64,000 nt of DNA from NCBI GenBank assembly GCA_963716255.1, contig OY970303.1:4352001-4416000 (forward strand), written 5' to 3'. Below, piece by piece: positions 51,783-63,030 of this stretch. Position numbers and translations under genes: made by a program. The first letter of the stretch is position 1. The number at the start of each line of letters is the position of its first letter. Under the pieces are notes generated by a model. The model did no database searches, was not told where the DNA came from, and saw only the letters and a list, made by a program, of their open reading frames with translations. The DNA is from an uncultured Gemmatimonadales bacterium (GTDB taxonomy: Bacteria; Gemmatimonadota; Gemmatimonadetes; Longimicrobiales; Longimicrobiaceae).

Positions 51783-53108
51783 GAGCAACCGGATTGATGC
51801 TTGACACCACAGACCGGGTTGATGCTTGACACTTCTGGTCTATCAAGTTCCACCTCGGGGGGTGTCCGGCGTCAGCCGGAGAGTTCCCCCGTTCGCTCGT
51901 CCAGCCGCGCCAGGAGCAGGTCGTAGAAGTAGATCGACCACACTCCGTCCTCGATCTCCTCCAACGCCACCTCCTGCCCGATCAGCAACTCGCTGAGGAA
52001 GATCGTCCGGTCGCGGAAGTACAGGATCCCGTTACCCCGCACCCGGCGCACCACACAATGCCCCGCGTACTGCGGCGGGGCGATTTGCTCCGGCATCTCT
52101 CGCTCGCACGCCACGTAGAGCGAGCCCGGGGTCTGCATCTCCAGCGCCTGGTGAGGCCGCTCTTCGTTGAACTCGCGCCGGAAGGCATCGAATCGCTCCT
52201 GCTGCACCTGGACGTTGGCCGCCGGGGGCCGCAGCGTGCCCGCCTTGAGCGTGCGATGCATCCGCTCGTGCGAGCCGTTCTGCTCCGGATGGGCCGGCTC
52301 GATCCGCTCGTGCTTGATCCCCATCTGCGTCCACCAGACACTCAGGCGCGAGAGCCCGGCGATGGCTTTCGTGCAGAACGGGCCTCCATTGTCGCTGCGG
52401 ATGGCCTGCGGAAGGCCCCGTTCGCGAAAGAGATGCTGGAAGCTCGCGCAGGCTCCCCTGTGCGCGGTCGAACTCAGTCCCTCACAGGCCAGCAGGTAGC
52501 GGGTGTGAGTGTCCGTGACGGTCAGCGGGTAGCACAGCGTCCCGTCGCCCATGCGGAACTCGCCCTTGAAGTCGGCGTTCCACAGCTGGTTGGCGGCCTC
52601 CACCGTGTGTGAGACTCGCCCCGGGTGAGACCACTCCCGCCGGTGCGGCCGAGACTCCACCAGCCCCTCCCGCTTGTACAGGTCTCCCACCGTGCTCGCC
52701 GCCGGCAACTCCAACTCGGGTCGGCGCGGGCGTAACCAGACCAGGATTTTACGGGGGCCCCAATCCGGATGCGCTTTGCGGGCCTTCAGCAGCGCGGTCC
52801 GGACCTCCTCCTTCATGCGGTGCGGACAGGACTTCGGTGCATGGCTGCCGGAAGCCAGCCCCGCAATTCCCTCCTGCTCGTAGCGGTGCAGCCGAGTGTA
52901 TCCGGCCTGGCGACTGATGCCGAACCGCTCGCACAGCTCCGTCATGCTGTAGAGCCCCTCCTGTGCGAGAACGACGAACTTCATCCGCTCATCCATCGGG
53001 TTGGTCTGTCTCCACGGCATGGCTCTCCCTAGGTGTGGGCGAGCGCGTAAGCTACCGTGTCAACCATCCTCCCGGTCTATTCTGTCAACAATCTACCCGG
53101 TCCATACC
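51783..53108 (-). mobile_element. IS481-family insertion sequence (about 1.33 kb)
   Basis: Single DDE transposase; each end has two 19-bp motifs 25 bp apart (51788-51806, 51813-51831; inverted 53058-53076, 53083-53101); GTCT present at both junctions; left boundary uncertain by 1-2 bp. Confidence 0.9.
51872..53020 (-). CDS. IS481-family transposase
   Basis: MPW..T; N-terminal HTH; WNADFKG, RSDNG, QNGSHERMHRTLK, NEERPH. Confidence 0.93.
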   Translation of the reverse strand: MPWRQTNPMDERMKFVVLAQEGLYSMTELCERFGISRQAGYTRLHRYEQEGIAGLASGSHAPKSCPHRMKEEVRTALLKARKAHPDWGPRKILVWLRPRRPELELPAASTVGDLYKREGLVESRPHRREWSHPGRVSHTVEAANQLWNADFKGEFRMGDGTLCYPLTVTDTHTRYLLACEGLSSTAHRGACASFQHLFRERGLPQAIRSDNGGPFCTKAIAGLSRLSVWWTQMGIKHERIEPAHPEQNGSHERMHRTLKAGTLRPPAANVQVQQERFDAFRREFNEERPHQALEMQTPGSLYVACEREMPEQIAPPQYAGHCVVRRVRGNGILYFRDRTIFLSELLIGQEVALEEIEDGVWSIYFYDLLLARLDERTGELSG

Positions 53109-53140
53109 GTCTCGCCCCTTCGGGCCGGAATCCCTCACGC
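53109..53140 (-). repeat. Repeat family A copy 6, second fragment
   Basis: gtctcgccccttcgggccggaatccctcacgc completes the copy begun at 51677. Confidence 0.93.
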
Positions 53141-53201
53141 GGCTCCGCGCCTGGCCTCGACGTCTGTGTTCCGCGGGCGCCCGACTCGCGCGCATTCCCT
53201 G

Positions 53202-53357
53202 TCACGCCACCGAGTCCGTCCTTTCGATGGACGGGGGCGGGGGCGCCTCCCCGCCGTCCCGCCGCAGCCCGCCCGCCCACCAGACGAGCACCGCGAAGCC
53301 GCCCAGGAAGGCCGCGACCAGCCACATCCCCACGGCGTGCCTTTCTTCGTGCTTCAT
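53202..53357 (-). CDS. Small single-TM protein (51 aa)
   Basis: GGAGG upstream; MKHEERHAVGMWLVAAFLGGFAVLVWWAGG. Confidence 0.5.
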   Translation of the reverse strand: MKHEERHAVGMWLVAAFLGGFAVLVWWAGGLRRDGGEAPPPPSIERTDSVA

Positions 53358-53455
53358 TGATTCGCGGTCCTCCGGCCGGTACCATTCATAGCGGCGCTCC
53401 CTCCGTCTCTCAGCCAAAAACCCATCCCGCCGGACCCGTCCCTGCCGAGGTCGCG

Positions 53456-54556
53456 ATGGCGCTCTCAGACCCAGCCGCCCCCACGGGCCGGCAGCCCGCG
53501 TCCGCCCCTCCGGGCGCGACGGATTCCCTCCCGCACCCCGCGCAGGAAGACCTGGTGCGGGTCCGGGACCGCATCCGCAAGATCCAGGGCACCCTGGCGG
53601 AGCACCTGAACGGCCTGCGGCGGAAGCGGAACCGGTGGCCGGAGGTCTTCCGCTACGATCCCGTGCGCACCAAGAACCTGGAAAAGGCGGCGAGCCACCT
53701 CCAGCAGCTCCTCGCCATGCTGGAGTCCGCGGAGCGCGAGGGGCGCCGGGTGGGCGTCGCGTCGCTCGGCGTGCTGCTGGACCGGCTGGACGGGCAGGGC
53801 ATCGCCGGGATCTCCGGGCACGGCGCCTGGGAGCTCGCCGACGCGCTCTCGCTCGAGCTGGTCCGGTGCGCGGACGACGCCCGCCTCCACGTCCTGCTCT
53901 CGGGAAAGGGGCTGCTCGTGGGCCAGGGTTGGGAGACGCACTTTCCGGACGACCTGCTGCGGGCCGTGGCGGGCGCCTACTCGGACGGCGGCTTCCGGCC
54001 TGAGCACCGGAGGCTCCAGGCGCGGTACATCCTGGAGGAAGTGGAGCAGCTACGGGTGCAGGAGTTCCGCCGGGACCGGGCTCTCGCCGAGCTCCGCGGC
54101 ATCTACCTGGGGCGGATGGTGCTGGTGCTCCTCCTCACGCTGCTGCCGTTCGCCGGCTTCTTCCTGGTCGCCTCCGCGTCTTCCCCGCGGTTCGACGCCG
54201 CTTCTCCCGACGCCGTCCTGCTGGTCCTCTTCGCGGGTGCCGTGGGGAGCGTGCTCAGCCGGGCGATCAAGCTGGGCGGCCAGGGGACGCTACAGGCGGC
54301 GGCGGACGGGGAGGCCCCGCTGGGCATCCGCGCGCTGTACGCGGGGTGGAAGGTGTTCCTCGCGCAGCCGGTGATCGGGGCGGCCTCCGCCTTCCTGGTG
54401 TACCTGGTGCTCCGCTCCAGGCTGCTGGCCCTGGGGAGCGCGACCGCGGACGATCCCGCGGCCCTGGCGCTCGTCGCCTTCCTGGCCGGCTTCTCCGAGC
54501 CCTTCTTCATCGGCACGCTGGACCGGATCGCGGGCCAGGGCGGACGGAAGCCATGA
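53456..54556 (+). CDS. Hypothetical protein, soluble N-terminus and about four C-terminal TM helices
   Basis: GAGG RBS; GAVGSVLS, PVIGA, AFLAGFSE. Confidence 0.72.
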   Translation: MALSDPAAPTGRQPASAPPGATDSLPHPAQEDLVRVRDRIRKIQGTLAEHLNGLRRKRNRWPEVFRYDPVRTKNLEKAASHLQQLLAMLESAEREGRRVGVASLGVLLDRLDGQGIAGISGHGAWELADALSLELVRCADDARLHVLLSGKGLLVGQGWETHFPDDLLRAVAGAYSDGGFRPEHRRLQARYILEEVEQLRVQEFRRDRALAELRGIYLGRMVLVLLLTLLPFAGFFLVASASSPRFDAASPDAVLLVLFAGAVGSVLSRAIKLGGQGTLQAAADGEAPLGIRALYAGWKVFLAQPVIGAASAFLVYLVLRSRLLALGSATADDPAALALVAFLAGFSEPFFIGTLDRIAGQGGRKP

Positions 54557-54819
54557 GCGGGGACGGAGAGCTGTTCCACGTGATCTACCTTCGCTCCGAC
54601 GCGCTCCTGGTCAGCCGGAAGCCGTACGCGGACTGGCGCGAGATCCAGGACGAGTTCGATGAGGACTTCATGACCTCGCTGGGCCCGTGGACGGCGGAGG
54701 AGGTGGTGGGCTTCCTGCACGACCAGTACGGGAAGGACGAGAGCCGGTGGCCGTTCCCGGCGGCCGAGGTGGAGGCGTTCGCCGCGTCGGACCGGGTGGT
54801 GATGAGCACCGATCCCTGA
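54553..54819 (+). CDS. Small acidic hypothetical protein (88 aa)
   Basis: ATGA overlap with upstream gene; typical codon usage. Confidence 0.68.
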   Translation: MSGDGELFHVIYLRSDALLVSRKPYADWREIQDEFDEDFMTSLGPWTAEEVVGFLHDQYGKDESRWPFPAAEVEAFAASDRVVMSTDP

Positions 54820-54918
54820 GCGCACGCCGGGCCCGGATGATGAAGGCGCCGGTCCCCCCGCTGTGGACCGGCGCCGAGTGTTTGTACCCGCCGCGCCGCC
54901 GAGGTACGCGGGAGACCC

Positions 54919-55052
54919 GCGTGAGGGATTTCGGCCCGAAGGGGCGAGACCGCGCGGCTGTTTGCGCGGGCTCGACTCCGTTAAGCACGGTTGTATCGTG
55001 CTTTACGGAGCCGAAGCCCGACCCCGGCGCCAGCCGGGGGCACGCCCGAACC
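54919..55052 (+). repeat. Repeat family A copy 7
   Basis: Direct sequence match. Confidence 0.95.
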
Positions 55053-55072
55053 CGCAGTTCAAAGCCGTTCGC

Positions 55073-55255
55073 CTACCTGCTCTCGCCACCGCTCTCGTCC
55101 TCGCGCGGCATGGGCACGTCGCCGACCTCGCCGGCATCCGTGCGGAAGCTCCGGCGCACGCCGACGATGAAGAGGAAGAGCCCGGCCGCCCCCAGCAGCA
55201 TCTTCCCCTTGGACATTCCCCCGGACTTCCCCTGGTTGTGAAGCTTTGCTTTCAT
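55073..55255 (-). CDS. Small single-TM protein (60 aa)
   Basis: Follows acyl-CoA ligase on same strand; hydrophobic MLLGAAGLFLFIVGV. Confidence 0.55.
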   Translation of the reverse strand: MKAKLHNQGKSGGMSKGKMLLGAAGLFLFIVGVRRSFRTDAGEVGDVPMPREDESGGESR

Positions 55256-55277
55256 CTCGGTGTCCCGGTGTGCTCGC

Positions 55278-57140
<1,863 letters not shown>

Positions 57141-57264
57141 CGGTGCTCCTGTCAGCGGGGGAAGCCGGGGATGCGGTGCTGCGCGGGAAAATCCGGGCCA
57201 ATATAACCCGGCCACGGGTGAAGACAAGCAACGGCGCCACGCACGGGGGGCGGCGGCGGACGGG

Positions 57265-57293
57265 TTGACGCTCTATGTTTGATTCGTTATTCT
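57265..57293 (+). promoter_or_regulatory. Sigma-70-type promoter
   Basis: TTGACG-N17-TATTCT in an AT-rich patch. Confidence 0.6.
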
Positions 57294-57587
57294 TGTTACG
57301 CAAGGCACATAAATAACGACTTCTTCCGCGGTGCTGGGTCTGCCCGCGGTGAGGTCGCACCCTCCAGCAGCTCCACCCGCCGGGCATTTCCGGCACACGG
57401 ACCGGTCTCGCGACCGGCCCGGGCGGGAGGGCACCTCATGGCGGCCACGCGGGCACGGCCCGCCGACGCGCCGCGTCCTCGCGAAAGCGAGCTCCTCCCC
57501 CATCCGTTTTCACAGCAGGACGCCGGGCACCCCGCGCCGCGCTCGCGGCGGCGGCGGCTGCCGTCACCCCCTGTCAGGGAGGAAATC

Positions 57588-58538
57588 ATGGTACGTGTCA
57601 CGCTCGACATCTTTTCCGGCCGCCCCAACCCCTCGTGGGTCCTGAACGAGCGCGAGGCCCGCGAGGTGCTTCGCCAGGTGGCCGCCAGCCGCGAGGTCGC
57701 CACTCCGGCCGACCAGGACCGCGGCGTCCTGGGCTTCCGCGGGCTGATCATCGAGTCCGACGAGGGGTCCGTGGGCGCCGGGCACGACCTGCCGGCGAGC
57801 TTCCGCATCGCGAGCGGGCAGAGCGGCAACGAGGGCAAGGGGCTGGAGCTGGCGGAGCGGCTGATCTCCACGATGGGCCGCCCGTTCCCGGCCAGCGGCG
57901 CCCCCGCGCACGAGGGCGCCTTCGCCGACCTGGACCTGCGCACCCTCGCCCTGGGCCAGCTGCAGTCCGCTCCGTCGTCGTCGCTCGGCGACGTCGCCAC
58001 CCTGTCCGAACCGGGCGAGGTCACCGCGCTGGCGGGGGCGACGGTGCTCGGCACGGACGCGAGCAGCTGGACCACGCTCACGGTGGGGTCGTGCAGCTAC
58101 GAGGCCTCCGCGTTCAACCCCAACTTCTGGAACGCGAAGCGCACGACCATGCGCAACAACAACTGCTACAACTACGCCACCAACCGGCGCACCGACACCT
58201 TCGCCCAGCCGGGCAGGGCCACCGGGGCGCAGGCCACGACCATGGCGTGCAGCAACGTCACCGCCGGCGCCGTGAGCAACGGGGCGGTGCAGGCCCCCAC
58301 CTGCGTGGGCAGCGGGTCGCCGCGCCACTACATGGCGCTGGTGATCTGGCCCAACACCGACTACCACTGGTACCGCCACCACAGCGACGGCTTCTGGGGC
58401 CACAAGCCCGGCCAGACGGCCGCGCGCAACTACGACAACAGCAACAACGTCATCTACGACCCGCAGACCGCCAACCGCGGCGGCTACACGAGCTTCTGCG
58501 GGTACTTCTTCGGGCCTTCGGGCATGCAGATCCTGTAG
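57588..58538 (+). CDS. Two-domain protein with putative papain-fold Cys/His catalytic C-terminal domain
   Basis: GGAGG RBS; N-domain DIFSGRPNPSW..LGFRG; C-domain NNCYNYA, AQPG, DYHWYR, WGHKPG, YTSFCGYF. Confidence 0.72.
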   Translation: MVRVTLDIFSGRPNPSWVLNEREAREVLRQVAASREVATPADQDRGVLGFRGLIIESDEGSVGAGHDLPASFRIASGQSGNEGKGLELAERLISTMGRPFPASGAPAHEGAFADLDLRTLALGQLQSAPSSSLGDVATLSEPGEVTALAGATVLGTDASSWTTLTVGSCSYEASAFNPNFWNAKRTTMRNNNCYNYATNRRTDTFAQPGRATGAQATTMACSNVTAGAVSNGAVQAPTCVGSGSPRHYMALVIWPNTDYHWYRHHSDGFWGHKPGQTAARNYDNSNNVIYDPQTANRGGYTSFCGYFFGPSGMQIL

Positions 58539-58572
58539 GCGGTTCGTTCGGTACCGGGGCGGCTTTTTCGTT

Positions 58573-58704
58573 GGGGCCGCTCCGGAGCCGGGCGAAACTG
58601 CCGCCCGTCTCCTGCGCGGGTCGCGGAGCCCCGCCAAACTGCCGGCGGGTCTCCGCTCCGGCTGCGGGAACCTCGCGCAAACGGCCGCGCGAGTTTCCCT
58701 CCGC
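58573..58704 (+). repeat. Repeat family B copy 4
   Basis: Direct match to 26603 copy with compensatory stem changes. Confidence 0.9.
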
Positions 58705-58742
58705 AGAAGATTTTGGGGATACAGCGGGAACGGCGAACGACG

Positions 58743-58782
58743 AACGGCGCCCCCACCGGGAGATCCCGGTGGGGGCGCCGTT
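58743..58782. terminator. GC hairpin between convergent genes (family D)
   Basis: aacggcgcccccaccggg-agat-cccggtgggggcgccgtt. Confidence 0.7.
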
Positions 58783-58847
58783 GCAGTTGCAGGCTGTGAC
58801 GCTTCACGCTGCGCGTGAACCGGTGAACCCTGTTCCCTGGCCGTTCC

Positions 58848-59264
58848 TCAGCAGAACCGGTCGAACGCGTTCACCAGGTCCTGGGCGATCTCCTGGGCGG
58901 AGCGGCCCTCGATGTCGTGGCGCTCCAGCATGAAGGCCACGTCGCCGTCCTTGAGCAGGGCGATGGAGGGCGAGGAGGGGGCGTAGCCCAGGAAGTGGCG
59001 GCGCGCCTCGGCGGTGGCGTCGGTGTCCTGGCCGGCGAACACGGTGGTCACCCGCTCGGGGAGCTTGCCGTGCTGCAGCGCCATGGCCACGGCGGGGCGG
59101 GCGTTGCGGGCGGCGCAGCCGCAGACGGAGTTCACCACCACCATGGTGGTCCCTTCCTTCTGCTCCAGCGTCTCGCGGACGTCGTCGGCGGACCTGAGCT
59201 CCTTGACGCCAAGGCGCGTAAGCTCCTGCCGCATGGGGGCGAGCAGCATCTCGGGGTACGGCAT
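58848..59264 (-). CDS. BrxA/BrxB family bacilliredoxin
   Basis: VNSVCGCAA, TVFAGQD, PSSPS, ERHDIEG. Confidence 0.92.
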   Translation of the reverse strand: MPYPEMLLAPMRQELTRLGVKELRSADDVRETLEQKEGTTMVVVNSVCGCAARNARPAVAMALQHGKLPERVTTVFAGQDTDATAEARRHFLGYAPSSPSIALLKDGDVAFMLERHDIEGRSAQEIAQDLVNAFDRFC

Positions 59265-59328
59265 CTATCGGTCTCCTTCGCAGCTTGGTGAAAACTCGCG
59301 GAGCCCGGGGCGGGGCTCCGGACGTTGA

Positions 59329-59913
59329 TTACACGCCTGTCCGGCGTGGGTTCGGCACCCAGGGCACGTCGGGCACGCCGGCGCGCCGGTTCGCCAGGCG
59401 CGCCAGGGTGAAGAGCAGGTCCGAAAGGCGGTTGAGGTACACCATCACCTCCTCCTCGATGTGCGCCTCGTGTGCCAGCGACACGCAGCGCCGCTCCGCG
59501 CGGCGGCACACGGTACGCGCCAGGTGGAGCTGCGCGGCGGCCTCGCCGCCGCCGGGGAGGACGAAGTTACGCAGCGGCTCCAGCTCCTCGTCGGCGGCGT
59601 CCATCCAGCGCTCCATCTCCTCCACGCGCCCGTCCGGGAGCGGGGGGAGGTGCGCGTTCTCGCGGCCGCCGTCCTCCGGGCGCGGCGTCGCCAGGTGCGC
59701 GCCGATGGCGAACAGGTCGCCCTGGATCTCCCGGATCCCGCCCGCCATCTCCGCCTGTCCCTCGGCAGCCAGGCGGTTGGCGATCACTCCCAGCAGCGAG
59801 TTCAGCTCGTCCACGTCGCCGTACGCCTCCACCCGCGCGTGGTCCTTGCGCACCCGCTGCCCGCCGAACAGCCCGGTCTCCCCGCGGTCGCCCGTCCTGG
59901 TGTAGATCTTCAT
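59329..59913 (-). CDS. Cob(I)alamin adenosyltransferase (PduO-type)
   Basis: MKIYTRTGDRGET, YGDVDELNS, FVLPGG, RTVCRRAER, NRLSD. Confidence 0.94.
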   Translation of the reverse strand: MKIYTRTGDRGETGLFGGQRVRKDHARVEAYGDVDELNSLLGVIANRLAAEGQAEMAGGIREIQGDLFAIGAHLATPRPEDGGRENAHLPPLPDGRVEEMERWMDAADEELEPLRNFVLPGGGEAAAQLHLARTVCRRAERRCVSLAHEAHIEEEVMVYLNRLSDLLFTLARLANRRAGVPDVPWVPNPRRTGV

Positions 59914-59946
59914 CGTCCCTCGGCCTTTGGCCGGAGCGTGTGGATG

Positions 59947-60651
59947 TCAGCCTTCCTGGAGCGCGAGCGCCACCACCCGCCCCAGCGACCACTCCGTCCA
60001 GAGCAGCCGGCGCAGCACCTTGCGGGGCGTCCACTCCTCCCCGTCGATCTCCAGCAGCAGCCCGCGCCGCTCCGGCGGCAGGTGGGAAAAGTGGTCCACC
60101 GTCAGCGCCATGGCGGTGTCCAGCCGCCCCAGCGTGCGGTCCGGGAGCTCGCCCAGCGGCGAGGCCCCCAGCCGGCTCAGCGTCCACCACTGCGCCCGCG
60201 CCAGCTCTTCCAGCGCGCGGCGCACCGTCCCGCCGCCGGGGAGTGGCCGGTCCGCCTGCTCGGCGGGGAGGCGGCGGACGCGGGCCAGCAGCGCTCCCCG
60301 CAGCTCGCCCAGCCAGCGCATCTCCCGGTCCAGGTCGGCGTCGTCCAGCGGGCGCAGGTCGTGCGCGAAGCAGGCCGTGGTCTCGCCGGCGCCGGTGCGC
60401 GCTCCCGTGCGCAGCCACTCGTCCACCGCGATCTCCAGCTCCGCCTCCGCCGGGGGCACCGGCTCGCCCGCGGCTGCCAGGAAGCGCAGCCACTCCAGCA
60501 CCTCGTCCTCCAGCGCCCCGGCGGCGGCCTCGGCGGTGGGGCCGCGGGCCACGCACCCCGGCAGGGAGAGCGCGTGCGCCAGGAAGGCGCCGTCGACCCC
60601 CTCCTCCAGCCCCACCGCGATCCGGAACGCCCCGCTCACACGATCGCTCAT
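59947..60651 (-). CDS. Hypothetical protein: HicB-like N-terminal domain plus DinB-like C-terminal domain
   Basis: LPGCVARGPT..A (HicB-like); EEWTPRKVLRRL. Confidence 0.62.
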   Translation of the reverse strand: MSDRVSGAFRIAVGLEEGVDGAFLAHALSLPGCVARGPTAEAAAGALEDEVLEWLRFLAAAGEPVPPAEAELEIAVDEWLRTGARTGAGETTACFAHDLRPLDDADLDREMRWLGELRGALLARVRRLPAEQADRPLPGGGTVRRALEELARAQWWTLSRLGASPLGELPDRTLGRLDTAMALTVDHFSHLPPERRGLLLEIDGEEWTPRKVLRRLLWTEWSLGRVVALALQEG

Positions 60652-61589
60652 TCGCCGTCCCCCGGCGCGCGCACGGCGGGCTCCGTCAGCTCCAGCGTTC
60701 CCGCGCCGGCGTCCAGCCGCGCGCGGACGCCCAGCGGGAGCGTCCAGCTCTCGTCGACGTGCCCGAAGGGGAAGCCGGCGGCCATGGGCACCCCCAGCGG
60801 CCCCAGCCGCTCCGCGACCACCTCGGCTGCGGAGGGGTACTCCGGCTTCCCCTCGTCCGGCGACTCGGAGAAGGCGCCCACCGCGACCCCCGCCACCCCC
60901 TCCAGCGCGCCCGACAGGAGCAGCTGCGAGAGAAGCCGGTCCACCCGGTACGACGGCTCGCCCACGTCCTCCACGAACAGGATCGCCCCCCGGGCGCGCA
61001 GCGCCCACGGCGTCCCGGCGAGCGCGGCCAGCAGCGCCAGGTTGCCGCCCACGAGCGGACCCTCCGCCACGCCGGGCGCCAGCGTATCCCCCCGCCGCGG
61101 CCCGCCGGCGGGGAAGGGGAGCGTTCCGGCTGGCTCGGCGTGGGTCAGCACGCGCAGCAGCCCATCCCGCGAGAACTCCGCCAGCTCGGGCGTGGCCGGG
61201 TGGGGGCCGTGGAAGGAGACGACGCCGCGGCGGAAGAGCGCCAGGTGCAGCGCGGTGTTGTCGCTGAAGCCCACCAGCGGGCGGGGGCGCTCCGCCAGCG
61301 GCTCCCAGTCGATGCGGTCCAGGATGCGCATGGTCCCGTAGCCGCCGCGCAGGCACCACACCGCGTCGTTGTCGGGAGAGCGCAGCGCGGCCTGGAGGTC
61401 CGCGGCGCGCTCGTCGTCGGTGCCCGACAGGAAGCCACAGCGCCCCCGGCAGAAGTCGCCGAGGACCGGTTCCCACCCCCACGCGCGCACCCGCTCCGCG
61501 GCGCGGTCCACCGCGCCCTCCGCGAGCGGCCCCGCGGGCGCCACCAGGGCGACGCGCGACCCGGGGCGGAGCGCCGGTGGGCGGATCAC
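60648..61589 (-). CDS. ldcA: LD-carboxypeptidase (peptidase S66)
   Basis: VAPAG, RGGYG, GFSD, GGNL, EDVGE, FGH. Confidence 0.9.
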   Translation of the reverse strand: MIRPPALRPGSRVALVAPAGPLAEGAVDRAAERVRAWGWEPVLGDFCRGRCGFLSGTDDERAADLQAALRSPDNDAVWCLRGGYGTMRILDRIDWEPLAERPRPLVGFSDNTALHLALFRRGVVSFHGPHPATPELAEFSRDGLLRVLTHAEPAGTLPFPAGGPRRGDTLAPGVAEGPLVGGNLALLAALAGTPWALRARGAILFVEDVGEPSYRVDRLLSQLLLSGALEGVAGVAVGAFSESPDEGKPEYPSAAEVVAERLGPLGVPMAAGFPFGHVDESWTLPLGVRARLDAGAGTLELTEPAVRAPGDGE

Positions 61590-62797
61590 GCCTCGCCCCC
61601 CGCGCGCCCGGCCACCAGCGTGAGCAGCGCGAGCAGCGCCAGCCCGGCGCCGGCCAGGTACGGCGCGCCGATCCCCACCCGCGCGAACGCGACCCCGCCC
61701 GCCACCGGCCCCAGCACCCGCCCCAGCGCGGAAAGCGACTGCGACACGCCCAGCAGCCGCCCCTGCTCGCCGCCCGGCGCCGCGCGCGAGACCAGCGCGG
61801 AAAGCGCGGGCGTCAGCGTCCCCTGCCCGAAGGCGAAGGCGGCCAGCGCCAGCGCCAGGGTCCACGGCGAGGAGGCGAGCGGGATGGCGGCGAGCCCCGC
61901 CGCCAGCGACACGGCTCCGGCGCGGGCGAGCGTGCGCTCGCCCAGGCGCCGCGCCAGCCGCCCCACCAGCCCTCCCTGTACCAGCACCGCCACGGCGCCC
62001 ACGTACGCGAACAGGTACGCCACCTCGGCCGGCGCCAGCCCCCAGCGGCGGTCGGCCCACAGCGAGAGGGTGGCCTCCATGGCGGCGATGGCGAGCGTCG
62101 CCAGGAGCGACGCGGCGTACAGCGGCCGCAGACGCGGGTCTGCCGCGGCGGCGGCGAGCGCCCGCAGGCGCGCGCGCGGCCCGGAGCCCGCGGGGCGCGC
62201 GGTGCGGCGCCCGGCGGGGAGCGATTCCGGGAGGCGCCACAGCGCCAGCATTCCGTTTGCCCCCGCCACCGCGGCGGCGCCCAGGAAGGGCGCGGCGTGT
62301 CCCCAGTGGGCGAGCGCCCCGCCGATGGCCGGCCCCAGGATGAACCCCAGCCCGAAGGCGGCGCCGATCAGCCCCATCCCCCGGGCGCGCTCCTCGGGGG
62401 CGGTGACGTCGGCGATGTACGCCTGCGCCACGCCCACGTTGGCGCCCATCACCCCGGCGAGCGTGCGTCCCACGAACAGCATGGCGAGCGAGCCCGCCAG
62501 CCCGAAGAGGAGGTACGAGGCGGCGGAGCCGAAGAGCCCCACCAGCAGCACCGGGCGCCGCCCCACGCGGTCGGAGAGGGAGCCCCACCACGGCGCGAAA
62601 AGCAGCTGCATGAGCGAGTACACGGCCACCAGCCAGGTCACGCCCACCGGCCCGGCCCCGAAGCGCTCGGCGTACAGCGGGAGCAGGGGGATGACGATGC
62701 CGAACCCCACCAGGTCCAGGAAGACGGTGACGAATACGATGGCCAGGGGGGACCGCCTGGCGGCGCCCCGCGCGGGTGCGCGGGGCGCCGCGGGCAT
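61586..62797 (-). CDS. MFS transporter (TetA/DHA1-like)
   Basis: DLVGFGIVIPLLP, GSLSDRVGRRP, YIADVT, GFILGPAIGG. Confidence 0.92.
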   Translation of the reverse strand: MPAAPRAPARGAARRSPLAIVFVTVFLDLVGFGIVIPLLPLYAERFGAGPVGVTWLVAVYSLMQLLFAPWWGSLSDRVGRRPVLLVGLFGSAASYLLFGLAGSLAMLFVGRTLAGVMGANVGVAQAYIADVTAPEERARGMGLIGAAFGLGFILGPAIGGALAHWGHAAPFLGAAAVAGANGMLALWRLPESLPAGRRTARPAGSGPRARLRALAAAAADPRLRPLYAASLLATLAIAAMEATLSLWADRRWGLAPAEVAYLFAYVGAVAVLVQGGLVGRLARRLGERTLARAGAVSLAAGLAAIPLASSPWTLALALAAFAFGQGTLTPALSALVSRAAPGGEQGRLLGVSQSLSALGRVLGPVAGGVAFARVGIGAPYLAGAGLALLALLTLVAGRAGGEA

Positions 62798-63030
62798 CGT
62801 CAGTGTGTCGCTCGTGCTGCTCAAGGACCGCGCCTTCCCTTTGTCTCCACGCTGTTTCCGGGTGCCTGGGGCGTGAAAGATAGACGCGCCGCGGTGCCGT
62901 GACAACGTGGGGCCGCCGGCCGCAGAGGGGTTGCGCCCGCTGCGGAAATGCCGCGTCTGGCATATGTTGTGCTCTTCCGCGCTCGATTGCGCGGCGCCGC
63001 CCGCGGATTCCCACCACGACCGAGGTCGCG

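Noticed and set aside
59947..60651. HicAB toxin-antitoxin locus
   Set aside because: Only a HicB-like N-terminal domain; no hicA-like ORF adjacent
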